DNA from: Haliotis cracherodii | Taxonomy: Eukaryota | Assembly: GCF_022045235.1 (NCBI RefSeq) | Contig: NW_027266297.1 | Span: forward strand, 43,648,001 to 43,712,000 | Length of the DNA: 64,000 nucleotides | Direction of reading: 5' to 3' | Shown here: positions 13,101 through 28,100 of the stretch, in pieces | Numbering within the stretch: the stretch's first letter is position 1 | How the letters are laid out: each line of letters opens with the position of its first letter | The notes under the pieces: generated by a model | What the model was told of the DNA's origin: nothing | What the model saw: only the letters and a program-made list of their open reading frames with translations | Database searches by the model: none | Translations under genes and position numbers: made by a program

Positions 13101-16100
13101 CATCAGCTCCCTGTATCTCCCCACCAAATCCCCCCACCCCCCTCGGCCTCACCCCCTCTAACCCCCAACTACCACTCGCCAAGGAGAAGGTAGGGACATA
13201 CACTTTTTTCAAACTGTAGTTGGCAGCCTCTAAGACAAATTCTGAATATAAGAAGTTTGTCTCCTAAACTGAAATTGTTTTGTTTTCATATAACATAGAA
13301 TAAGATATTTAAAAAAGTCTTCACCAGATTTGACAAAAAATATTTTTGGATATTTCGGGGAGATACAATGGCGACCAGGCAAATCACCCTCAGCTTGTAG
13401 TTATATAGTTCTAGTTTCACGTCTTCATAGAAAAGAGTGTTGCAAAAATATTTATTTCATGTTTGTGATGCTTACATGAAATGTATGTATTCTGTTTGAT
13501 GTTCTTTTTGTAACATGAATTTCATATCCTAATAAGAATTCTAATAATAATTATATGCTTTGGGGCATTGATACAGCACAGAACAGATATGCAATTGTTA
13601 TTATTGTTGTTATTATTGTTGTTTCTGTTGTCCTGTAATTACTATTTGCTAGATCAGACACTATAATATAGGGCTGGGTCGAGTCCAAATTTACTACCCG
13701 GGTACCAACCACCCTATTACCCGACCCTACTCGGGTACCCGTTGTTTATATTTAGAGATAGCTACAAACTATCCGATTTGGAAACATTTGACCATAGCCC
13801 TGGCAAAATGTATTTAGATACATGTGTAAAATGATCTGGTCATGCATACACTGAAGTTTACTGCATGGAGTTTTATCTTTATTCGATCACATAAAAGTCA
13901 GAAGAAATGGGTGCATTGTCAGAAAGAAATGGGAACAATAGTGACTTGTAGTGGAACCATAGAGTTTTAGGTAATTTTTGTCATTAAACAATATATCACG
14001 TGACTAACCAAGGGTCCGGGTAGTCCTGTGGGTACCCGAGTCGTACTCAGTAACCACCCGGCCCGGGTACCCGAGTTACCCGTCCTAGCCCTACTATATT
14101 AAGTGTCATTATTAAGTTTTATTTGTATTAACATATACCAAAGAAATCAATATTCCATGCACTACAGAATTTTTACTGAAATGTTCATGTTTTAGGTCAA
14201 TTTTTACCATATCTTGATATGCCCCAGTAGCAGTGACATCACAGTGATGAGTTTTTGCTATTTGTCTCTATCAGTGCATGTATATGTGTATGTGTCTTGC
14301 AGCAGCCGACAGCAGGAGGTCTTTCCGCCTATTAGATCGGGGGGCACGCCCCTGGAGCCCACCCTCGGGTTCCAGGTGGACCGCATCAAGCATGCGGACT
14401 CTGGGGAGGGCAAGGTCAGACTGACCGCCTACTACAAGTCTACTGGGAAGGTCAGTCCATGTCATGTCCACTGTGTGAAATATTTGTTCTTCTGTCACTG
14501 ACATTTCACTGTCATTAAGCGAACACAGGTGGCTGTGGCGCTATTAAGAGTTGTGTCCCTTCGCAGTGCCAGGATCTGCTGATTTACCCAGCTGGGCTTT
14601 CCTCCACATAAATCTGACATGCTGAGTGATAAAACTGAAATAGTAATATTGAACTCATTTTGCTTCATCAAGTAATGTCGAAAGAAAGAGTGAGTGAGTG
14701 AGTGAGTTGGGTTAAATGCTGCTTTCTACAGCATTCCAGTAATATCACGGCGTGTCAGCTTAATGTGGGAGGAAAGCCCAAAGTGACTTCAGTGAAACCT
14801 ACCAGCACGGATATGGTGCTGACAAACCTAGAAACATAATCAGGGCGATCCGGGATTCGAACCCACAATCATAGGTTTCTGGCGTGCCCAAGGGATGCAA
14901 CTCTGCACAGCAAGTCGCGGCACCTTAGACAACTGGGCCACCCATGCCCTCTTCGAAAGAGATAAATTATGTTACGTTAAAAGGACACATACTTCTTGTA
15001 ACTTCTTTATGTTGCTCTGAATGTTTTATTTGTCTGTTTCAATTTCTGTGATGGAGGATGTGGCCTAGTGGTTCAAGTGTTGGCTTATCACACCAAAACC
15101 CCATTAGTGGTGTTTAACACCATGCTATTGCTGGAAAAGTGGTATTAAACCTCATTCACTCACATGCTTTAAATGAAATTTTGGTCGAATGTACAAGTAC
15201 TTAATATTTGCATATAAGTTTTTGTCATAATATCGCATATATTATTTGTATGTAATAGGTATAAGTCGAGAAAGGATAGCACTGACCTGGCTGGATTGGT
15301 GTGTCATCTTACCCAAACAACACAAATCAATGTCTTGCCTCCATGGACTTGATCTATATACTTAATCAGTCACCTCACCCTCACATCATGGGGTTCAAAG
15401 AGGAATAAACATTTATGACCTGTGCCAATTTGGGCTGTTTTCCAGCATTAAACTGTCAGGCTGAGATATTACTGAAACAGGACTGCCTCGATGGTCTAGT
15501 GGTAGAGCGTCCTCCCAGAAGTGTAATGTTCAGGGTTTGTTCCCCGGCCATGTCACACCAAAAGAAGTTAAAACATGGTACTTGTTATTACTCTGCCTGG
15601 CGCACATCATTAGGGGCTTAAAAAAGAACTGGTCGGCTCACACACACACACACACACACACACGTATCTACATAAGTGCAATCATCTTGACACGATGTTA
15701 AACCCCATTTCACCTCACCTCACTATTACTGAAAGAAACCCAACTCACTCAATTGTTTGTTTGATCATGACATTATTTTACATCCAGGTTGTACAATCCA
15801 GCACTAGTCCTGTGACCTGCAGTACGACGGCTGTACGCTCTAACTTCAAGCATGGCTACCACGTGTTTGGGCAGCAAGAAGCAACATTCCAGGATGTAGC
15901 ATTCCAAGGGGACATGATTCTTATCGCTCGATTCTATCTACGAAAGAAACTCGGAGGTTACGTGGATGACCTTTACCTTGAGCCTCACTCCCAGGAGGCA
16001 TCTCTGTACGACGAGGAAGCTCTAATTGCGTGGACTGCGATCCCACTGGTCATCTCACACATCAGAGGTGAGGACAGAGTTCGGAGGAGTCATAAATCCG

Positions 16101-19100
16101 GGAAAAGTTGTGGAATTAAGTTTCAGTTTCCAAAGTTGTAAAAGTCATGGAAAAATTATATATTCATACCAGTTATATTTTTCTGGTGAAATATCAATGG
16201 GAGGAAAATTATACCATTGGCAAGCCCCTCCCAAAGTTTGTTTTGGTTGTTGTGATTTTTATTGATACAATATCATTGAAATCTGGCATGATACCTTGGA
16301 AAAGAGGAGGAAGTGCTTCAGGCTAATAGTGTATGAAATCTGTAAGAAAGACACTTAAGCCATCCATGTTTTGGGTGGACATAATCACAGGCAAAACTGG
16401 GATCATATGAATTAATTATGTCAATTATAAGGTTGTGTGTTTTCATAATCTAAAGCTGTAGGAATCAATATGAACCCCTTTGCACTACAGCTGACCTTCA
16501 TTTTGCATAGAGGGGCAGTGGGATAGCTTAGTGGTTAAAGCTCTCACTTATCACACCATAAGCCTAGGTTCAGTTCCCCACTTGGGTGGTACAGTGTATA
16601 AAGACCAGTGCGTGTCCCTTGCCACAATAATGCTGGAATATTGCTAAGAGCAGCTCAAAACACTTCTCACTCACTCATTTTTGACAGCAAGTAAAATAAC
16701 TAAAAATAATCATACAAATTATCTCCCTTAGTTCTTGCGTCTTTTGATCTTACTCTGTCTTTAAATTCCAGATCTCTCCTCTCGAGAGCGCCGTGAGTTT
16801 AACCCTGCTCTCATGAGGATAAACAATGGCACACACACACTCAAACTCTTCGCCCCACCAGTACCCGAGGCATCTCGCCTCCCACTGGAAGACTTCAGTT
16901 TACATGATTATAAAAGATATGGCCGTGGATCATTGAGAATTCATATTTTCCATGGCAACCCAAGACCTGGCTCACTGACACCTAGCGACATTTCTGATGA
17001 TCAGGAGGACAATCTACCCGAGGTAGGAATGTTGCAGTTCTTTTGCCAACAGATTAGTTTTGGTATGTCCATCGGAAAAGAGTTTGTTCTCCTTGTTAGA
17101 TGTCTTTCTGCAGTGGCTGCATTAAAAAAAACATGTTTCTGAGGCACATTTTTTTCAAAGTGATGAGAGCAGTCAGACATTTTTCCTTTTTTCTTATTGA
17201 AAACAAAAGTGAAGAGGGAGGAACACTATTTTATTTTGTCCTAAACCTAAACCTAAAACCTAAAGAATGACACTTCATGAGTATATCGTATCCATCCAAA
17301 ACAACAAGTTCAAATTTCAGTTTGTTTGCATCAGTTATATTTGACTGCAGGTGATTAATCCGTAAGTCAAATACAAATATAACAGTATATAAAGTGTCAC
17401 TGTCCCTGTCTTTCAAGAATGATCAAGTGATCAATTACAGGTTATGAACTTATTATGAACCAGATCATTGTGTAATATGTCAGAACAGGTCCCAGTATCT
17501 GATGCTGATGTTGCCCCGTGAAGATCCGGGGTAGAATAGGTCTTCAGCAACCCATGCTTGCCGTAACAGGCGACTTCTTCTCGTAACAGGCAACTAACGG
17601 GATCGGATGGTCAGGCTTGCTGACTTGGTTGATGCATGTCATCGATCCCAATTGCGTGGATTGATGCTCATGATATCAATCACTGGATTGCCTGGTCCAG
17701 ACTCGAATATTTACTGACCGCCGTCATATAGCTGGAATATAGCTGAGTGCTGTGTTAAACAACAAACAAACAAACATGACAGTCATCTAATATGAGGATC
17801 AGGTGGGTTAAATGTGTGACCTGATTGTGTGTCGTACCCTGCTGACATGGGTCCTGCTCATGCTCTCAAACTCCCATTGCCCTGGCCCTGGCCCTGGCCC
17901 TGGCCTTGTTTTCTTGCTGCTCTCATAATGCTGGAATGTTGCTGACTGTAGTGTAAAACAGCATTCACTCACCAACTCGATCACTCCAACTGTGTTCCCA
18001 CATGTTCAGGCAGCAGTCATGTATAGTGATGACTTTGTCCCCAGTATGCCTGGCTGCCCTATGAGAGGAAGAACCCACCCACAGAACCCTTCATGGCCGG
18101 AGATGGCTTTGATGTCTACATTGATGGCTGTCGATACCTGCCAGACTCAGTCACATTTTCTAAGGTAGGAAACTAAACAGTTCAAAATCAGAGGCCTGTT
18201 AAAGGGAATCAGTTGTGTAAAATCTGAAAAAATATCTAAACCCAAAAGCTATAAAATTATTTCATAGTAAAACTATATCAGTAACAAATTGAACATAAGG
18301 TCCTGATGTGTGCCACATTTAAATAATGAAATAACAGGATGGTGTTTGCTAGATCAAGTGTGACTAGTTTAGGGAATGAAGAATAATTAATTTGTATTAC
18401 CTGAATTTTGGGGAGGCAGCATTGAAAAGGCCTTGAATTTTTGTATGGACCCTGCTCTCTCAGCTGTGACTGGCTGATGAAGTGTGATGTAGTACCCTGC
18501 TGGTAAGATATAATCTATGAAGATCACAAGTTATGTGTATGTTCCCAGGTCGCCGGGCGTATCCTTGACCGTCGCTATGACGTGCACGGCAAGGACATCT
18601 CGACCGGGGTGAAGTTGGACAGTGACAGCTACAACCCGGTATACGAACACAAGGAGGAGTACAGGCTGCCCACCGTCGCACCCTCCTCCACACTGCTGCT
18701 CAAGGTAACACTGCAGGGAGCTTACAGTCACCCATAGAACCAGAGAACCTTGACTACATGCTGTGTTTGAAAATAAGATTAATCTTAAACCGAATTGATA
18801 GTCTCTAAATTTCAGTGTGAGGTTTCAAATGATTAATATGGACACTATCACTTCAGTCTAACATTAATCTAATTTTCAAACACAGTACGTTTATCTCCAT
18901 TCTACCATGACCGATTTAAAATCGAACTCCTTTGTTCCGCGTAATCCGGATGGCACGAGAGGCAAATTGAACATGTCTGTGAAAGGGGAGGTAGGTGTCT
19001 TTCGTGTTTTTTTAACATTGTAATGTGAAAAAATATTCATCCAAAGAAAAACAACTATTTGTTCAATGCAACAGTTTTTTATGCTGTAACAGCTTGGTTA

Positions 19101-22100
19101 TATAAACCCTCCAATCCAGCTTACTGTTTGGTGTGTAGTCCTGTACCCCCTGCCAACACAACATGGAATATCCCACATGGATTTCACGTGCCTCTACCCC
19201 GGCATGCAAACAAAAGAGTGACAGTGGTGGCCGAGTGACAGTAGCAGTTTAGTGTATGTCTTTTTAGATCGAACAAACACATACTACGGGGTTGAGGTCT
19301 TTATTGCGATGCGTTGAGTGTGATAAGGATCTATATATCATACACCCTGAAACACATAATTACACAATAAATACTAAGTTAAACATTATCATTAATGCTA
19401 GATACATAGCATAGGCTTATTACAAGTAAATATTTACATTTATCAGTCATCCATTAAACATAAGATAGACTTAACCTTAAACGATTATACCAGAACATAT
19501 ACAGTAATATGCATGATCAACAATACCGACATTCAAGGGAGATAACGCCTTGACTTTCTTTTGACTATAAGATATACACATAACGCTTACACATTCTGCA
19601 TCAACATATACAATACTTTAAGACAGAAATTAATGACATGATCTTACATTAAATGTGGTCATCACAATTAGATTACATTGTAAGTCTTAGACAAATATAA
19701 ATAACACAATGCATACCCTGTGAGTGATACAAGGGTGTGGGTCCCAACTGCCACACGTATGGCAATACCATAGATTATCTGAATAAACAATACATAGACT
19801 AAAACACTATTTAACATTAAATAAATTGAACAAAGTAATACACACGTTTCATTGATAAAGTATGGGTGTTTAGCTTATCTTAAGCAGATTTAAATATTTA
19901 GACATAATCAACATTTAGGTTACATTACATACATTTAGTTTACTTCATATAACACTTTAAACATACTGTATTATTTAAATACAACATAGGATAGAGATTA
20001 TAACCATTTAACTCACCTGATTTAATATTGTCTCTTTACACTTTGCTGGTCTGAGCAGTTCTGTCAGTTTATGTGCTGAGAGAGTATGCAGTGTAATCAA
20101 AGCATGCAGTTTAACAATAGGTGTTAGCTTGGCCAATCAGCAAATGAAGCTTCTGGCCATGGGGCAGTTAGTAGGTAAGACAGGTCAGATACTCTTTGTT
20201 ATAGCTGACTGAAACGGACAAATAGTTATATATAATAAATATACGTAAAAACCTAAAATGAAATTAAAACAAATATATACAAAAACTACATCGGCCACAC
20301 TAATGCAATGATTTGTGTAAATGCAACTAACTTGGGATTCCTTGGATATTGTTTTCATCATTTGGGACAGAGGATATGTGGCCAAGCAGTTTTAAAGTAT
20401 ACCAACACGGAGCACCAGCAGTGACAGTTTTGCAGGGACGCTGGTAGAAAGCAGGATTCTGGTGGTTCAATTTTGACATGTATTTTTAGAAAGATGGAAT
20501 AGGGTACGAGGGAGTATGAGTGGCCTAAATTTAGGGTTTTACCTGACTCTTATCTTGCAAGTCCCCTGGATGACTTTTGATTGATTCCGAATGGGTCATT
20601 GTAATAAATTCTATCCCAACATCTGATTTGACCACAAATGATTTGTATAAGTGCACAGTGAAGCATTCATAATATCAGATGCATTTTTCAATCCAAGTTG
20701 ATTCTGTCTTATTTTATTGATTGTCCAATTGTAGCAGTAGTGAAGTCATCCCACAGATGACATCCTTCCCTTGTCAGCTTGCTGACGGGGTTAACCTTTT
20801 TGGTCATGTGGACATGGCGTCCGACCTCGGATCAGAAGGTCCGTGGTTCAAATCCCATCACGGGACTCGAAAATTTTATGGCCGCTACACAATCAAATTG
20901 AAGTATTTCACATAGTTATGGTAGAATATAGAATTGTGCTTTGTTAGATAATTATACACATAGATTAGGCCTCATAACAGACCCACTTTCCGGGACAATC
21001 ATTAAAGAATGGCTAATGAGTTAAGTGGCTCTCTAGATTATCTGTCCATTATTAAGTTGTTGCAAAATTTGAGGGACAGATACTGAATTATTCTATCATG
21101 ACTTCAAGAAATACTCAAATTTATTTAGACAATCATTAAAATCACAATAAAATTAGACATCAATTTGGATTGCAAATGGGTTTGATTTTATGACTGCTTC
21201 ACTGCACACTTGCACTCATGACAACACTGTTGCACTACAACAGCACCACAGCCAGTAAGAAGCACTGGCGGATGCAATAGTATATCAAAGAACGGAAGTT
21301 TAGTGGTTTGAATTCCCTGGCTGTGTCATAACAAAAGATGTTAAAAGATGGTACTTGCTGTTACCTTGCCTCAGCATTAAGTGGATAAAACAAGAACTGT
21401 TCGGCTCAGAATATAACGTGTCTGAGTGGGTTATCCATGTAAAACTGCAGCAATGTATCTCAGTGGGCTAGCACTATGAAACCAACATTCCTCTGAACTA
21501 GTAGAAGCAGCCACATGCTAAATGGGTGCAGTAATCTTGAATGTGACATTAAACCACATTTCACCTCACCATTAGTATGTAGGTAAAGCAGATTTCATTT
21601 GCCGGAACAGGAAATAGTCACTTGGGGCTAAGTCTGGGCTGTACAGTTAAATCACCCACCCTACAGCCCAGACTTAGCCCCCAGTGACTATTTCCTGTTC
21701 CGGCAAATGAAATCTGCCCTACGTGGAAGATGCTTCCAGGATGACGAGGACATAAAGGCTGCCACAGAGGCGTGGTTAGAGGGCCAATCTGCGGATTTCT
21801 ATAAAAGTGGTATCAAAAGCTTGTAGTACAAATGGAAAAAGTTTATTGAGGTGAATGGAGATCATATTGAAAAATAAAAGTGCAAAAGATATTCTGCGAC
21901 ATAGTCTTATATTGAAGTTGCAAAACTAATTGAATGCCCCTCGTATATGTGAAGTTTGATGATGGACACGTTTGAAGGACAGTTCTTGTGATGGATAAAT
22001 GGGTGGTAATCATGAGAGGTTTGAATGACTTGTTCCAGATATATACCATGGACAAGTTCTACAAGAAGCTGACTGTGGTCGGGTATGCTACTCTCAACCT

Positions 22101-25100
22101 CTTTGTGGAGTCTGGATCGGAGAGACAACCAGCTATAGACAGACAGGGCTTACAGGTAGGACTTACATCTAAACACCCAGGGTGCGTTATTCAAAGCGAT
22201 CTTAGCGCTAAGGCGATCATGACTCCCATACCTTAACATAGACATACAACTGTCATAGCGCTAAGGTTGTTTCATAGAACATCATCCAGGTCCATCTGAC
22301 TGTACAGGCTTACAGGCAGGACTTACACCTGTACACCAATTTCTGTCATATCTCAGGGACTTGAACTTTGTTTAAGGAGTAATGTGTAAGCCTGTTATTG
22401 GCAATGAATATGCAAAATGAACATTAATGATGCTTTACTATTTCCTTTGATATACTTTATTCTTAGCCTCGCACAGCTAATTGTAAAAGGAATGGAAAAA
22501 AATGGAATCAAGGGGCCAAAACATGAGGTATCAAGAGCTTGAGAGCATGTGTATCAGACCTTTGCCATTAGTTTGTCAGTTGTGGACCTGTTTTTCAGGT
22601 TGGTTTGTCCTATGACTGAGTTATTGGAGACTACAACAAATAACATGAACTCACCAATCCATTCGGGGACATTGGTGGCCCAATCGTCTAAGGTGCCGTG
22701 ATTCGCTGTGCAGAGTTGCGTCCCTTGGGCACGGGCATGCCAGAAACCTATGATTGTGGGTTCGAATTCCGGTTTGCTCCGATATTGTTTCTAGGTTTGT
22801 CAGCACCATACCTGTGCTGGTGGGTTTCACCGAAGTGGTAAACTCGGAGACCTGTATCACTTGGGGCTTTCCTCCCACATTAAGCTGCCACGCCGTGAGA
22901 TAACTGGAATACTGTTAAAAGCGGTGTAAAACTCAACTGACTGACTCACTCACCAATCCATTCATTGTTTTTAGAATCAGTAATGTAGCTTAACACCTGA
23001 CTGTGGCTGCAGGTGTCCCTCAACACAGGTGCCCACCAGCTGAGGGTCTACAACCAGGGACCTAATGGTGTGGACCCGTTCTCCGACACCTCCATGAGGA
23101 CCAACAACACCAGGTTTGTGCCCTGTACCTCCATGCTGGTCCGCATCACCAAGGTGCCCAAAGGCCCTCAGGGAAAACCACTAGAGGTAAGGGACTGACC
23201 ACAGGATTGACCAGCTGATATTCTGGGTGGAGGCATGGGAGTTATTTTAAAATAATTTGTTCCACAAAGTACTAGGGAAATAACATTGCCTCAAATTTTA
23301 TGAAAAACTATAATTATTCACAGGACATGCTGAATGTCTTGGAAAAGATTACTTGCAAGAAAAAATTATATTGTTTGGCACTTTCTTTTTTTGGAAATAA
23401 AATGCAGGTTTTGATGCAGTGACTACAGAGTATAAAATGATCCCTCCCTGAGTAAGAGTCATACACCAGATGAACAATATACTGGATTAATATTCCTCTC
23501 AAAAGAAATACACATTTAGACTTTGTCATGATAGTGATGGTCTTGCTTGTACTTTCAACATGCATTAGATGAACATTTCAAACAGATGGTTTGAATTCCT
23601 GTAATTGAATTGTTTACCATCATATTTGTTGCAGTGCAGCAAAGTGCCTCAAGCAGACTGGCTTCGGTTGGGCCTGTGGCAACCACGACCGAAGTACTCA
23701 GACCGTATCTACTATTCCATGAAGTGTCTGCCCACGAAGGGCGAGAGCAAACTGTTCCATGGTTTGATGAAGAGGACGCCCATCTCTGTGAGGCAGGCTG
23801 TGGCCAGGAACACACAGGCCAAGGATAGCTTCCTCCGCAGCGACAAGAACATGGAGCAGTACATCAGGGTGAGGATATGCTGGGTGAACTAACAGAGCAC
23901 TGTTGGGTACGCACGGTGAACTAACAGAGCACTGTCAGGTACGCACGGTGAACTAACAGAGCACTGTTGGGTACGCACAGTGAACTAACAGAGCACTGTC
24001 GGGTACGCACGGTGAACTAACAGAGCACTGTTGGGTAAGCACGGTGAACTAACAGAGCACTGTTGGGTACGCACGGTGAACTAACAGAGCACTGTTGGGT
24101 ATGCATGGTGAACTAACAGAGCACTGTCAGGTATGCATGGTGAACTAAAAGCACTGTCAGGTATGCATGGTGAACTAACAGAGCTCTGTCAGGTATGCAA
24201 AGTGAACTAATAGCAGTGTCGGGTATGCACAGTGAACTAACAGAGCACTGTCAGGTATGCACAGTAAACAAACAGCACTGTCGGGTATGCATGGTGAACT
24301 AACAGCGCTGTCGGGTAAGCTTGGTGAACCAACAGCACTGTTGGGTAAGCTTGGTGAACTAACAGCACTGTCGGGTAAACTTGGTGAACAGATCACGGTT
24401 GTTCTGTCAACTTCTTGTCCAGCCTACATTTAGTCAAAGGGAAAATTCCCAAACAGGGATTCCCTCATAGATTGATGTTCACCTGGGTTGCGTGTGTTAC
24501 AGAATCAGCTGACAAAGTCCATGGATTCCAAGCCTCTGGAGCAGGACCTCAACTTCATCGCTGAGTACAGCCCCAAGCATGGTGTCAAGGTACAGACTTT
24601 TGTCTATTTTCCTTTGTCCAAGTCTCTTGCAACAGATTTGTGTTGTTCATACCAAATTAATTATCTCTTTTAATGCGTTTTCATTATAACATATCATTTG
24701 GACCTGCAAATTCCCTGTAGAATCTGATACTCAATCTTATCTGTACTTCATATGCAGAATTGGATTGTGAAATGGAAAAATCTATTTATTTATTTATCAA
24801 GAACTACAAAATTACATACCTTGCAGATACCAGTAGAATCTTGCATCAGGGATGGTTGGAAGACAAACTTGGGGTCCCTCAAGGGCAATTACTCACCCCC
24901 AAACTTTTATACATGAGTTAGCCCCAATGGGCTGATGCATGTGACACTATGTATTGTTATTGCATTATTTGTGTGCTTGATGTTCCTCATCGTTGTTTGT
25001 TGTACAGGTGGCTTTAGACAGCGCCGTCAATCTGCCGTGGTCCAACTTTACCCACTGTCACATGTGTCTCAACCCACCAGGAGCATTCTACTTGGTGAGT

Positions 25101-28100
25101 GTAAAGAGGGACTCTTAGGGACTGAGACACTGTTGTTGACCTGCTCATTAAGGGACTGGTATGATAAGGGTAGTTTTAACCCACAGGATCTGCATGATTA
25201 AAGAAATGTGCAAAACTTTTAGAAATCATTCTGAAAGTTTTGAGATGAGTTCATATGAATGAGAATAGGACTTCATTTCAACACCTGCATAGCAACACTA
25301 AATGTGTAGCTCAGGGTTAACATGAGTCAAAACAGATGAAATAGGGTCAAGAAGCGTGTTTCGGGGGGCGGTCGGGGAGCCTAGTGGTTAAAGCGTTTGC
25401 TCGTCACGCCGAAGACCCAGGTTTGATTCCCGACATGGGTACAATGTAGGAAGCCCATTTCTGGTGTCCCCCACCGTGATATTGCTGGAATATTGCTAAA
25501 AGCGGCGTAAAACCAAACTCACTCACTCACTCACTCCACTGAGTTGATTTTCACAGAAGCTATAGATAAAGACAGTACAGTATATAAAAGTAAATCTTGG
25601 CTCATAATTAAATCGTTTCTTGGAAATAGTTGTTATTGTTCTTTTTCACTCATTTTAGCCATACTACTGTTAGCCCACAATTGATTATAGCAGAAGCACA
25701 CAATTTGCAGGTGTAAGAAACTATGTGTAGTTATCAGCCATTTGAGTATGTCTGACAATGTTCATAAATGTCTGTGGTCCACCTCCATGGACTAGTGGTA
25801 GAGCGACTGTCCTGAGAGTGGAAGGTGTTTTTTTTTATCCCAGGCTGCGTTATACCAAAAGATGTTAAAAGATGATACTTGTTTTTACCCTGCCTGGCGC
25901 TCGGTATTGAGGGGTTAATACAAAGACTGACTCAGAGTCAGTATACTGTGTCTGAGTGGGATATTCATGGTAAACTGTGGCATGGTATCTCAGTGGGCTA
26001 GCACTATAAAATTGGTATTAGTCTTGACTATTATAAGCAGTCTGATACACTCACACACATGCAGCGGTAGAAACTAACCGTTTTAGTCCACTAGTCCTTA
26101 TGATGATAACATATAGCAAAGCCCTTGAAAATGACAAATTTCTACCAGTCCTTATGATACCTTAACTATTGGGCAGTTTGGACTATAGGACTAGTGCCAA
26201 TTTCTAATGACACGCATGCATACACTCGCAAAACAAGTGCAGTAATCTTGATCTCTGTAAAGATCTGGTTTAGAAAAGGTCTTCAGCAACCCATGCTTGC
26301 TGTATGAGGCAACTATGCTTGTTGTAAGAGGTGACTAACAGGATCGGGTGCTCAGACTCACTGACTTTGGGACTTTGGGACGCATGTCATCGGGATGCGG
26401 TGTGTGACATCATGGATCATTGCTCAGGCTATCAACCAGCAAGCAAGCACATGTATTTTGTCCTCTCTAACCAAGTTTCCTGTGTTCCATGTTACAGGGA
26501 ACACCACATGCAACCTATGACAAGTTGACATTCACAGAAAACCTTGACCTTCGTAGCACCAACACGTCACCTGCCTGGAGAGATGGGTTCAAGGTCAGTA
26601 TAAACCCTTAACTTGCTCTATTCAACCAGTATGAGATATGATATGATGCGTTCGAATATGGTTCTGTCTCCAGTGTGTAGGTCACAATATCCCCAGGGAG
26701 CTGAGAATGAAAATCTGTTGATCCAATAATGGTCTCTAGCGCCATGTGCTTTCACTTGGTGGATGGAATTTGGTACATTATGAATGGACTATATTACTTT
26801 TTGTTTCTTAGAAATCTTTTATTTAAACATTTGTGCAACCTATAACTTAAAACAATACTGCATAGATTATTTTCAAATTTACCAAGAGTTTCCATACTAT
26901 TAGAACAGGTGCAGTGCAAAGTTTGATTTTGTTTTTTGGATTTGAACTGCTTCATGGATTCTTTTCCAATTGAGGGGTACAGATTCTATACCAATAGGAG
27001 AAGTGCTGGGCATTAGTCGATTTTCTGCGAAAATGTTGCTTTCCTTTCTTGTTTTGAACTTAGAAATATGTCAAAAGTCAGTATTAGTGAGCCCTGATCA
27101 CCTTTTGCTTTGTTATTAATGTTATTAAGTATCTATGCACTATACCGGGTTATTATCATGATTATGGTAACAGTTAAAATACTGACCCATTGATGATAAT
27201 GAAGTTTATTGAAAAACATATATAAGACCCTGTTTACAAAAAACTGATGCACTGTAATGAAGCCTGTTTTGTATTCAGCACTTTCCGCGCCGCTCGTACC
27301 ATCGGTTCCTGACGGCCGTGATCCACCTGCAGGAGGTGTTTGTCACTGTCTCCCGGGACAACTACAAGTATGGTTTACTGGAACAGGTCAGTGGAGGTCA
27401 AGTCATGACATTACCTTTGTTTAGGAACAGTGTTCGAAATAAGTGCCTGCCTATAGGCCTGTGGCAGGTAGATTTCATATCGGGCCCGTAGTTTCAAATT
27501 CGTATGGGTCCTTATGGCCTTCAGTAAATTTACGTCTTGATTTATCTGTCACAATAAGCTGCATAGATTTTTACGATGAGGGCCTGAAGAGTTTAGTCAG
27601 GGCCCGCAGCTTTTGGAGGTTATGGGTCATGATGGCATCCTGACAAAAAAAAATTCAAACACTGTTTAGGAACCTCCTCAGATTTCTCCTATTGTTTTCA
27701 GAGGTTCAAATATTCGTACATTGACCTCTAATGATCCTCATTGCTGGGTTGAAGTCTAAGTTGCCTCTGATTGGGTATTTGTCACCTGTATTTTAACCTG
27801 TACCTCCTCTGAAGTTAGTCTGTATGAATACAAAAAAAGCCATGCTTTGGAAATGTTAGAATCTATTAGAGCTATTTTTCTCAACTCTTTTTCTGTGTTA
27901 TAGGCATGGACAGCAGTACAGATGTTCAAAGACAAGTATGCCTACACCACAACATTCCAGCTGCCGCTGTTTGCTGGCTCACCCTCCCCACAGATGCTCA
28001 AACAGATGGCTCGGGAGCCGTGTCGGGAGTGGATGGAGAGGAACATCAGGAACAATACTGTGAGTACCAAGAACAATACTGGCACAGGGAGGGAAGGCTT

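Noticed and set aside
20802-20865. Functional tRNA-Arg gene
   Set aside because: No pairable acceptor stem, defective D arm and no oligo-T terminator directly after; kept only as a pseudogene/SINE head.
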